Source of the DNA: Mustelus asterias
Taxonomy: Eukaryota
Length of the DNA stretch: 64,000 nt
Reading direction: 5' to 3'
Assembly: GCF_964213995.1 (NCBI RefSeq)
Contig: NC_135830.1
Location: 4,774,001 to 4,838,000 of the forward strand
Shown: piece after piece, positions 12,181-23,151 of the stretch
How positions within the stretch are numbered: position 1 is the first letter of the stretch
Layout of the letters: each line of letters starts with the position of its first letter
Position numbers and translations under genes: made by a program
Notes under the pieces: generated by a model
Database searches by the model: none
Seen by the model: the letters and a program-made list of their open reading frames with translations, nothing else
Told to the model about the DNA's origin: nothing

Positions 12181-13124
12181 GGTTGATGCATGTTCCTTAA
12201 AACATTAATTTATCCATGAACCATCTGTCTTCTATTTTTATTTCAGACTTTTTATTCACCCAAAACAAGTTTCTCCTTGAAATTGTCATGTTTAGATCGA
12301 ACACAAGTGAGTGCATCAGCCAATGAGCAGAGCGATTCCTGTTCGCTGGAACATGAAATCGACAGTGAGGTGAAATAGTCCCGCACGCTGCTCATTTGGC
12401 ACTTTCAATTTCCAAAAGCCACCAACCTCATCACTGTGGCTTCTGTGAAACTTGCAAGGTAACACACGGCAGGCATTAATCACGGAGAGCAACTGACACA
12501 AGTCATTTGCTAAACACTATCATGTCGCTTCTCTTCCTGTTTCTGTCGCTGCTTCTCATCCAGCTCCCTCTAGCCGTCCAGCTCTCAGGGTCAATTAGCT
12601 GCTTGATACAGACACAGACAGTTGGTGACAACGAGTTTTACCTGGAAAGCAGGGGCAGGGAGTGTAAGACACACAGCATTGAGAGGAGATGGTGTTTAGA
12701 AATGACAGTATAAAGAGACACAGATATATCATCTTCCTGATCCTCCCAGTTACTGATTACAGGAATGTACATAGTGCCAATTATCCACTGTCACCCTCTA
12801 CTTCCAGCTTTCAGCACGGAGTTAAGTTTTGAAGTGTTTGAAGTCTTGCTACCGTTGTTCAGGGTTTTGTTGAGACCACATTTGGAATAGTGTGTGCAGT
12901 TTGGGTCTCCACATTTCAGACAGAATGAAAGCAAAAATAATGAGGATGCTGGAAACTAAATCAAAAACAGCAAATGCCGCAAAATAACAACAGGTTTGCC
13001 AGCATCTGTGGAGAGAGGATAACGTCAACGTTTTGAATGACGATGACACTTCGTCAGTGTAGGCTAAACATTTATCGGAGTCGGTACAGCGAAGCTTCAC
13101 TAGATTCTTCTCTGGGATGAGGGT

Positions 13125-13380
13125 GTATCCCTCAACGTCAGGGACCCGTGTTCAATTCCGGTCTCGTGTGACTGTTTGTGTGAAGTTTGCACGTTTTCCC
13201 CTTGTCTGTGTGCATTTACTTCTGGCTCCGCTTTCCTCCCACGGTCCAAAGATGTGTGGGTTCGGTGGATTGGCCATGCTAAATTGCCTCTCAGTATCAG
13301 AGGGACGAGCAAGGTGAATGTGCGGTTTGACGGGGATATAGTGTTGTTGGGATTGTTATTGGCATAGGCTTGGTGTACTG
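13125..13380 (+). mobile_element. HE1-type SINE fragment nested in a degenerate CR1 3' region (about 12845-13700)
   Basis: V-domain core tcccacggtccaaagatgtgtgggtt; flanks contain agaccacatttggaatagtgtgtgcagttt and other CR1 RT C-terminal remnants. Confidence 0.75.
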
Positions 13381-13873
13381 CAGGGATTCTCTGATTCTAC
13401 GAGTTTGAAGGGTGGATGCTGAGATAATATTCTCCTTGGTCCGGGAATCTAAAACACGGGATACAATCTCACGATAAGGCGCTGATGATTTAGGTCTGAG
13501 GTGAGGAGAAATTGAATCACTCAAACGAGAGCGAATCTTCGGAATTCTCTACGCCAGAGGCTTGTAGATGTTCCATCATTGAACACATTTCAGTCTGGGT
13601 TCGGCAGATTTCTGATCTATCCAACAATGACTGGGAACAGGAATATGGAATTGGAACAAATGCTCAGCCACAAATTACTGCTTCTATTCTAATTGTTAAA
13701 CTTAACAGTATAATGGATGCATGTATATGTTATATATTTGAAATCAATAGTCATTAAATAACGTTGGCAACACCACAGCGGGTAACACTTCAGAGATAAT
13801 TTTTATGAACGTCCACGGATCCATTGCCAACTGTTTGCGTTTGAATGCTGATGTGAGAAAACACTAAGAGCTC

Positions 13874-13947
13874 CGTCCCTGTGTGGTCTCGAACCACAAA
13901 CCTTTCGGTTAACATCCGAACGCGCTGACGAATTGCACCACAGAGAC
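13874..13947 (-). tRNA. tRNA-Asn (GTT), divergent copy
   Basis: 74 nt colinear with vertebrate tRNA-Asn, about 8 substitutions; anticodon GTT retained. Confidence 0.75.
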
Positions 13948-14820
13948 TGAGACAGCAACTTTGCACGATATTCTAAACCAGGGTGTCAATGACTTCAATT
14001 ATATTTCTACTGAACCTGTTCCAGAACTACAGCACGACCGTTTACAATCCTATATAAGTCTCTTTGGTTATTTTGATCCCGTAGTATTGCTGTGATGTAG
14101 CGGTTATTCCCTTTCTCCTATGGACATGCAGGTAAAATGAATCCATGTCTCTTATTACAAGAATTCAACGGGAGAGAAGGGAACTGGCCACCAGAAGCCC
14201 AAGGAACCAATACTTTCCATTCAAACATCAATAACACCATTCACAGCTGCACCCCCATCCAAATATTGTGATCCATTTCCGTCAGAATTTGTTCCAAGAT
14301 TAAATATTTACTGTTTTTTTCCCCTCATTTTGAAATGAGATTCGCTTCAATATACAACACAAATGGAATTGCAAACCTGACGGACAAACAGTGGGAAACA
14401 AGTCACTGGGTAACACAAATCCCTTGGTGCTGATTTCCAGATTCACAACACTCAGCTTTTCACTCAAATGGAGGAATTTATCACTGAAAAGTTTTGGAAA
14501 GTTGGTCTGAATATTGTTTGTGGCTCACTCGTGTATTGTGTAAATGCCGCTCGAAGGTTCAGTGGGCGGGGTTTAAGCTGCCTTTGTTTTCCTGAACCTG
14601 TGCTTGGTGTATTGGGAGGTTTGAACCAACTCAGATCTTTTGTCCCAGAGATGTGCAGTAACCCACAGGTTGAAGCTGCAGTCGTCGCCGTCTGCGGCAG
14701 CGAATGGGTGAATGGAGAGTGCGGTGTGAAATCCTGCTGCGTGTCCTTGTCTCACTCACTGTGGATATGTGGAAGAGAGAATCATTGATGGGGTTGTTTC
14801 GCCGACTGAAATGTGCTTTT

Positions 14821-15161
14821 CATAAAAAATCATAGAAACCTTACTGTACAGAAAGAGGCCATTCGGCCCATCGAGTCTGCACCGACCTCAATCCCACCCA
14901 GGCCCTACCCCCATATATTTTACCCGCTAACCCCTGTAATCTACGCATCCCACGACACGAAGGGGCAATTTTAGCACGGCCAATCAGCCTAACCCGCACA
15001 TCTTTTGACAGTGGGAGGAAACAGGAGCACCCGGAGGAAACCCACGCAGACACGAGAAGGATGTGCAAACTCCACACAGACAGTGACCCAAGCCGGGAAT
15101 CGAACCCAGGTCGCTGGAGCTATGAAGCAGCAGTGCTAACCACTGTGCTACCGTGCCGCCC
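14821..15161 (-). mobile_element. HE1-type V-SINE, full length
   Basis: Begins gggcggcacggtagcacagtggttagcac on minus strand, ends in tctatga tail. Confidence 0.93.
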
Positions 15162-15234
15162 TTTTGTGTGGCTGTGAACGGAGGTGTCGCTGGTGGAGCC
15201 ATTAATAATATGACGCAAAACAAAAAAAGGTGCT

Positions 15235-15329
15235 GCTCCAGTGGCGCAATCGGTTAGCGTGTGGTATTTATACAGCAGTACAGCCAGCGGGCGATGCCGA
15301 GGTTGTGAGTTCGAACCTCACCCGAGGCA
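15235..15329 (+). tRNA. Intron-containing tRNA-Ile (TAT), acceptor stem damaged
   Basis: GCTCCAGTGGCGCAATCGGTTAGCG...TTTATA, intron 15273-15293 (cagcagtacagccagcgggcg), ATGCCGAGGTTGTGAGTTCGAACCTCAC; two acceptor-stem mismatches; tttt downstream. Confidence 0.85.
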
Positions 15330-16137
15330 AGTGTTTTAGGTGAGAAGTTGGCCACGCGGTATCATCGCTCGTCCAGCGAAGATTCTGGGGGACCGCCACT
15401 GCAGCTGGTGGAATTTGAATACAATAAAGGCGATTGGAAGTGAGCATGCAACCAGTGTCCATTGACCGATGATTCTCTGATGTCCGTGAGGGAAGGAAAT
15501 CTGCTGTTCTTCGTTGGTCTGGCTGATACGTGACTCCAGAACCACAGCAAAGTGTTTGCATCTCAACTTGGGACGGGCAAATAAATACTGGTCGGCGACG
15601 CTTATGTTCCACGAACGAACGAAAGAAAGAGTCTGAACATGCAGGTTTGAGAGAAGCTTTCTGAACCGTCAGAGTTGGAAACGGGAGTCTCTCGAGGGAT
15701 GGGGAAATGTAAAATACTGTATTCGGTTAATTTTCAACAGTAAATTATTGATCCTCACTCTGAGTTTAAAACAACGTACAGGTGCATCTGCAGTCGCTGC
15801 TTTCTGCTGTTAGCGGGTGATTGGAGAGTGCGGGGTAAAATCTTGATGCGTGTCCCTATCTCACTCACTGTGAAGCTGGAGAATAGTTTCCCCGTCTGAA
15901 ATGTGGGTTCGAGCAGTGACGGATTAACTACCACCCGGACCCCTACGCTGAGCTTTAGTACGGCCCCCTGACCTTGCCCCCTGCCCCCTGTCCCACCTTC
16001 GTTGAATGGAATAAAGTGACGTTAAATGACGTCAGATAACTTATATCGTTGTACTATGTATAATGTACTACATGTGTAATATCATAAAATTATATGAATC
16101 AATTACAGCCCTTTTATTCATTTATTTTTCATTTTCT

Positions 16138-18595
16138 TTACATTTGTACTTTAAAAAACTTCCATGTTTTTTGGTTTACAAAAGTGTCGATAACAGCATG
16201 TAAATCAACAGATCGAAGCATGTCTGATTCAATGTGCATGAGTGCCAGATGACTAAGTTTCTCATCGCTCATTGTTGAGCGCAAATAGATTTTGATCCTC
16301 TTCAGTGCCGAAAATGAACGCTCACCTGAACAGTTAGTGATCATTAAAGACAGATAAATTCTAAAGCAAATGTATGTATTTGGAAACACCTCGTGCAGCC
16401 GATCTCTTGCCAGAGCTCGATACATCCCAGTGACAGTGACATCATCATCGGATTGTCTTTGAATGTACTTCTGAAAGTGGACGTGCTCTTCCACAAAGGC
16501 CAAGTCAAAGTCGTCTGGATAAACTTGTATGAGGGAATTCGCTGCATTTTTAAGTGCGTCGACATCAATATTGCAAATACGAGAAAGAAATCCAAATCGG
16601 TTGGACACAGATCTATATGCTTCAGTGCGTTTTTTAAGCTCTGCTGATAATTTGTCTAAGATCGGTAAGTACACATTAATTTTGAAACTCTGGCGAGGTG
16701 AAAAATCTGCTGCCTGTGCTTTGCAGTCATATCTTGTTATCCTGGTACTAACTTATCGTTTCATTTGCGTTTCTTCTTTGTAAACTGATGTCGCAGTCTT
16801 TGCAATGCCTTCTTGCTCAAAGTTCTCAAATGAGTCATTGATCCGGAGGTCTGAGATATAGGCCTCCAAAGACTGCAAAATCTCACGCCTTCGTTAAGAT
16901 ATATTTCTGGGTTTTGTAAATTCAAGCTAGTTTTGTGGAATCGCTTCAAAATTGTTGCCCAAACGCTGAGAAGTATTCCATACTCCAGAGATTCCATCTT
17001 GCTCACAAGACCTCTCGCTTCTTGTCGCGTGTTTGACTTTTCATCTGGATTGTCAGCAATGCTTTGCAGTGGTGATTTCACTTTCTCGTATCCCTGATCG
17101 AGGGCGGCCGTAGCACTTGCGTGAGCAGACCACCGAGTATCACTAAGTCTCTTCACAACTGCAAGATTCTTTCCAAGCTCACCCACAAGTATTTCCCACC
17201 GGTGGGTTGAAGCACTGAAGAAATTGTACAACTGTTCAACAAAATCAAAAAAAGCAGTAGCTTTCGGAACACAATCCACTGCTGAATGACCGACAAGGTT
17301 CAACGAGTGAGCAAAGCAAGGAATATAGTCAGCTACTATATTTCTCTCCTGTATTTTAGCTTGAAGACCAGTACACTTGCCACTCGTGTTGCAGGCGTTG
17401 TCGCATGATTGACCTCTGCAGTTCTCTAAGTCTATTTTTTCTGTTTCTAAAAACATCAGAATACTCTCGGCAAGTTGTTCACCACTGTGACCTCTGCAAT
17501 TCAGAAATTTGACGAATCTTTCAATTGGACCACTCTCACGCACATATCGAAAAATGCAAGACAGCCGATCTGCGTGTGAAATATCAGGGGATGAATCCAC
17601 AGATATTGAAAAATATTTGGCTTCTTTGCGTTCCGAAATAATTTTCTCTGACACCTTTTGTCCAAGTATTTAAATCAGCTCATCGCATACTGTGGATGAA
17701 AAGTAGGAAACAGAGCCTTTACCCTTATTTCATTCATTTCAATATGAGTTGCCAAAAAAAGGATCGAATTGCGCTAACAATTCTAGTGTCCCTAGAAAAC
17801 TGCCATTGTTTGGTGATCCACTGCACTCGTTGTGTCCCCTAAAGGCTAATCCCCGCTCAGCAAGAAATTTAATTGTAGCAACAACCCTTTCCAGAAGTGC
17901 TTTCATGTAATCACGTTCTGACTGGTATTGTGGAGTAATCAAGCTGTTTACACATTCAATACCTCGAGACCTTGTAGTGAGGGTAATGGTCGCATCCCAA
18001 TGGACTTGGCTGTTTTCATGACTTTCTAATCTTTGACTTGCATTTTTCCAGTCAGTGAAGCCATGCTTCGAAAAAGCATGGTCTTCACTTGAAAACAGTT
18101 TGCAGTTAAAACAGAATGCCTTACCTGTGCTTGGAGAATAGCACAGCCACCTTCTCCTGATTTTCTCGCCATTTGTAAAGGAGCAGTAAAACATGGACTT
18201 ACTAAAGTAACGTTTCTGTTTAGCGTCATATTTGATAGATTTCACAACACTGGCATTCATGTTCCAACAGGCTTCGCTCCCAGTCTTTAACCAGTATAGG
18301 TGATGTCTTCTGTAATTTTGTCAGGCGGCAGGTCACGTGCCCAAATCACTCTCCATCGACTTCGACGACTTGTCTGCGATTTCTTCATCATCGGATCCGG
18401 AATGAACTTCACGTTGCGAATCTTCGCCTACTTTTCCATCGTCCACATCACCGTCCACATCATCAAGTACTGCTTCATTTGCTGGCTTAAAAACTTGTCA
18501 AGCTTGCATGTATTCCTTCGTAGACTTTCTTGTACTCTCTTTGTCTCTTTCCTTTTTTGTGCTCTGCTTTTATGTTTGTATTCAACAGTAGCCAT
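16138..18595 (-). pseudogene. hAT transposase, frameshifted
   Basis: ORF pieces: N-term MATVEYKHKSRAQKRK, TTF zinc finger (WLCYS...FCFNCKLF), FSISVDSSPDISH, CFAHSLNL, TRWS, C-terminal dimerisation motif CSGERSFSALKRIK. Confidence 0.92.
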
Positions 18596-18881
18596 TTTGC
18601 AGGGGAAAAAACTGTCAACAATACAAAATACTCGTATGAACAGAGAGCTTTAGGTCCACATTTTCATTGCTAACGCCAACTCGTGATGTAATAACTTCGT
18701 CATTGTAAACACAAACTCGCGGCTGCAGTACGATGTCCTAAAAGCATTACTTCTAAATGTTTATATGTTTGGAGCCTAATTTAGAAAACGAAATAGTATT
18801 TGTAATATTCCAGGTATGAAAAAAAGTATATGCAAAAGTACTGGAATATCATCCAAAATACTCACGAGTACACTCAATTAA

Positions 18882-19600
18882 ACCTTTGAAGGGTAGAGCG
18901 ACATGAATGTCGTCCATCGTATTCAGTGTAAGGCGACATAAATGTCGTTTCTCGGTAGGCTGACTTTGTCATGTCTGCAGTGATTGGTCAAACATGATTA
19001 ACGAACAGCTCTTGTTCCAATCAGATGCCTTCTTTCTTCAGCTTCATGATGATGTCATACACGTGTTATGAATGCATTATGATAATGAATGAGGACTCTT
19101 TGTCTGGTGAGTGGTGACAGCGAGTCATTTGTCGCGTTGTAAACAACAATGGCGGCGCGCAAACAAAGTCTGTTTTGACGTTTTCACAGGCGGTAAATGC
19201 GCTCAACAACAGTTTTGATGTTGGATTTTGCAGTGATGAGAGTGGGAGTGATTTAGATGCCGAGGATTTTGATGTTGATATTGATGAATTATCAGATGAT
19301 TATCGTGAATTTGATGATACGTTGATAGCACTGGAGGCAGTGGTGACAGTCATCGTGCTGTGGTGTGGGACTAATACTATGTAAGGGTGAATGTTGAAAA
19401 AAGTACTATATGTAACTAAATATGCACTAAAATAAGTATGTATACATGTTATAGCATAAAAGTAAACTCTTTGTTGCATTTATTTTGTATTTATTTGCAT
19501 GTAGTACAAGTCCGGGGTGAAGATCCTCTATTAATAGGTATTTGTAATATTAATTCACCCACGGGGTACAGTTATGAAACTTTATTCACCCTTAAAAGGG
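18882..19600 (+). mobile_element. piggyBac-type non-autonomous element nested in the hAT
   Basis: TTAA on both sides (18878-18881, 19601-19604); TIRs acctttgaagggt / acccttaaaaggg; acidic N-terminal transposase-like remnant at about 19149-19384. Confidence 0.78.
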
Positions 19601-19959
19601 TTAAACCAATTTTGTTTTGCTCTCGGGCCCCCCTCCCTTCCGGGCCCCGAGGCTTAAGCCTACTCAGCCTAATGGTTAATCCGCCACTGTCTTCGAGCCA
19701 CTGTTATTAACGGAGGTGGTGCTGCACGAGCCTTTAATAATCTGAGACAAATCAACAGCAATCAGCCGGAATGTGCAGGTTTGAGGGAAGCTTTCTGAAC
19801 CGTCAGAGCTCGAAACGGAGTCAGTGAATGATATTCTGTCGGGTTTGAATGTGCACTGTGAAGGGGAAGGCTCAATGTAACACAGTGTAAGACACAGTAT
19901 TCTGTTGATATTCAACAGTAAACGTGAATTATTGCTCTTTTCCTCGCTCTGGGGTTAAA

Positions 19960-20174
19960 AAAACGTTTTCGAAACGCGAACCTTTCGTGTGTATGTGAAT
20001 GTGACGGTCACTACACTACAAATGCGATGTTGTATAATCCTGGGACCAGCTGGGATGTCGAACCGTGCAGTCTGATTGTACTTCAGATCCATGTTTTATC
20101 TGTTTCTGAAGTGTGGTGTTTAATACTTTCACCTAACGTGCGAAAGGTTCCCTGTTTGAAATAGGACAACAACA
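19960..20174. pseudogene. Two divergently oriented tRNA-Val relics (about 19960-20025 minus; 20102-20174 plus)
   Basis: acctttcgtgtgta...cactacactac and gtttctgaagtgt...cctaacgtgcgaaaggttccc match tRNA-Val. Confidence 0.6.
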
Positions 20175-21155
20175 GTCTTCAAACTTACCCATCTCTCAGT
20201 GTCAGGAAAAGATACCTCAGCCCCATCCGTTTGTTCTTAAGCGTTGACAGAAAACATTATCTCACATTTACTCTTACCCAAGTATTAGATGCTATTCTGC
20301 AAAATGTTCAGTTATGTCGACAGAGACAAGAATTGGCACAAATTTAAATTTATGATTCAAATGTTAGATCAATTTCTCTGCCGCATCAATAAGGGTTTCA
20401 GCCGAATTGGACTTCCACAACACAGGTTCTGAAGTTCAATCAGACTGCACGGTTTGCCCTTCTAGACCATTCGTTTTTCTCCTGAGAGGACTTTGTGTAC
20501 TGAATGTTACCACATTCAGTTTATATTTGCAGAGGTCCCAGTTGGTCAACGGGGTATCAACATTATTAAAACTCAGTGTTCTGATTTTTCCGAATTCAAT
20601 TTTATTGTTGAATGCGAACGGAACTGGGTATCAATCAAAATATTGAATATTTTTATCTTCACCTTTTCTGAGAAAACACACACAGCAAAATCGCCAGTGC
20701 TTTCTGCTGGCAGGGGGTATTTGGACAGTACCGGGGGGCGGGGGCTGCTGGAATATTGCTGCTCTCCCCTGTCTCATTCGCTGTAGAATGAGGAAGAGAG
20801 AATAATTACTGGGGATGTTAGAATGGAATAATTGAATGGATTTCTACTGGGTTCGAAGCAGACACAATTTAAGGCTAATCGTCGCAGAACACCCATTGCA
20901 GACACATGCATGTCACCGGGAACCAGCTCTCCTATAATAGGTGCTGTCTCCCTTCAAGCCTTTCGGTGACTTGTCTGTAAACAAACATTCGGACTGTCCC
21001 GAAGCTGATATTAGGTTTGAATTCCTGATGCGCTGTAACGAGAATACTTTCAATATCTCCCATCAGTTAATTTCACTGCTAACGTCAAATTCAATGTTCC
21101 AGTATCATTCAGAAGGGAAAGACCCCTTTACTGTCTCTGCTCAGTCAGACAGTCC

Positions 21156-21201
21156 ACTCTTTGGGAACAGGAATCTTCTGTGATTCCTGTTCCCAAAGAG
21201 T
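21156..21201. repeat. Perfect 20-bp inverted repeat with 6-nt loop
   Basis: actctttgggaacaggaatc-ttctgt-gattcctgttcccaaagagt. Confidence 0.95.
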
Positions 21202-21390
21202 TTCTAAAAATTCACAACTTTGGCAACCATAATAATATATATCTTTGAAGCAATATAAGTTTGCAATCGATGTTAATATGATATTTCTGTTTCGATATTT
21301 ATTCTTTTAGTTACATTTCCTCAATGTGGTTACTGGCCACGGTTGTGAGTCTGGACTTCGCCCCGACGCTGAACCCAACACGGTAATTCA

Positions 21391-21404
21391 CTGCCCTCTG
21401 GTGG
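21391..21404 (-). promoter_or_regulatory. Candidate CTCF site
   Basis: Minus strand CCACCAGAGGGCAG fits the CTCF core; a second, same-orientation match CCAATAGGTGGCTC lies at 24619-24632. Confidence 0.45.
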
Positions 21405-22823
21405 GGGTGAAATGGAACTACAAAGTGCAGCTTGCTCCCACTTGTGAGTCTTCGGGACTCAAGTTCTTGTTCAGCAATTTCCGATCTTGAATTCTGCTAC
21501 GATTTTGTTTATACCCTTTATTCAAATTTTAGACTGCACCTGGGTGAAGAATCTTTTTTGTTATGAGTCCATCTCCCACAGACAAATAGAATCCTTTCCC
21601 AGATATGCTATCGCCCAGCCGCTGTGCTCAGCAGTTCAGACAGAAGAAGCGGTGAATTTGCAATATATCGATAACACGACATTTTGCTCCCTGAAAAGGG
21701 GAACATTCTAAACAAATCAATTCGGTCGCTTTCTAAGCAAAATAAACCAAATTAGTCTGTTAATCCCTGGCGCTATTCTGATTTATAACTCCCCCAATTT
21801 CTCCGACGACTTGGTGTTCTCTCGACTTCGTTGTCTCCAGGATTTGAACAGAGACCTCGAGCAATGATTTCCGCAGATTTCGCATCGTTTTCCCAAATGC
21901 CTATCAACAGTAACAAAGTCAGTATCTAAAGAGCTCCAATTTAGATATCTGAGCTGCATTTTTGTCTTGGCATATGTTATAGTAAACCTTGAATCAACTC
22001 ATCAGGAAAATCCGAACGTGCATTGAAAACGATAGACGGTGCCAAATTCAAGCCCCAGCGTCATAAATTAAATCTGTATGTATGGTAGGCTTGTGATGAC
22101 ACAGAAGAGTCACCCCCCCCCCCCTCACCACCCCCCCCCCCCATCCCACCCCCACACGCACACACACATACTGCAATCAGCTGAACAGAGCCCGTGTTCC
22201 CTCTCTCCTTCTTAATCTCTGACTCGTCCCATTCCGATTTACTGAGGGGGATTCAGTTAGAGACGTTTCTGATCATACTGGTGACGCTCTTGCATCGTAA
22301 CTACTGGAAAACGGTCATCAAGCCGGATAAACATATTGATACATACAGATGGCAACTTAAGTAACAATCCGAAATATTCATAGAATAGAGAATCATAGAA
22401 TCCCTACAGTTAACCGGTAAGTTCACAAGTTTCACATCTTTACCACACATTGCATTAACACATCGAGAACAATGGATTGATCGCAGCTCAGTAAATGAAC
22501 CCTATCCACTTTGCCTCCACACACCTTGTGACGAACACTGGAGTTTAAATTCGACGGACAGTTGTTTTAGATTCCCCTTCAAATTGCAGAAAACACAGAC
22601 AGGGAACTGATCCCGATAGACGGTGCCAAATGTGCGTTCGTGAGAGTTTATTACCTCATTCAAACTCCTTCTCGGTACAGTCCCTGAGCTGTGGGAAATA
22701 TGTTACACTTTTAGTGGCGCTGATTTGTTTATCGGGCTGTGATTCAGAGCAAAAAGCGGATTCTGTGAGTTAAAAGTAATTGATTGTCAGCGTTTGATTT
22801 GACGATCCTCTGGATTCTTACAG

Positions 22824-23112
22824 GACATTGTGGAGGAGACTCTGTTACACAGACAACGGCTGGAAGGAGATGATGTTCAGTTGTTCTGTAACTTTACAGA
22901 TACAGCCAGCAACCCCGACCTATTTTGGTACCGTCAGTATTCCAGCGGACCCATGGAGTTTCTGCTGCAGAGGAATAGATACAGCTGAAAAACAGAGAGA
23001 TTTCCAGGGGACCGATTCTCTGCCGAGTTTGATTTGTTGAAGAGCACTATCCCGCTGAAAGTGTCTAAAACAAAACTGAGAGACTCCGGGGTGTATTACT
23101 GTGCACTGATCC
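22824..23112 (+). pseudogene. TCR alpha/delta-type V segment pseudogene (V1)
   Basis: After acceptor ttcttacag: GHCGGDSVTQT, frameshift, LEGDDVQLFCNFTDTASNPDLFWYRQY...RYS*KTERFPGDRFSAEFD...DSGVYYCALI. Confidence 0.9.
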
Positions 23113-23151
23113 CACAGAGGCATAGAGCTGCGCTGAACCTCCACAAAAACT
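23113..23151 (+). other. Recombination signal sequence (23-RSS) of V1
   Basis: Heptamer cacagag, 23-nt spacer, nonamer acaaaaact directly after YYCALI. Confidence 0.93.

Larger units (their letters stand above)
15914..19689 (-). mobile_element. hAT DNA transposon (Tip100/ZMYM1-like group), full length but decayed
   Basis: TIRs cagtgacggattaac (15914-15928) and gttaatccgccactg (19675-19689); 8-bp TSD ggttcgag/tcttcgag (6 of 8 match). Confidence 0.92.

Noticed and set aside
16138-18595. Domesticated ZMYM1-like host gene
   Set aside because: Multiple frameshifts and stops, with TIRs and TSD retained; it is a decayed transposon.
22600-22700. Leader exon for V1
   Set aside because: No convincing in-frame hydrophobic ATG-to-donor exon could be read, so it was left uncalled.
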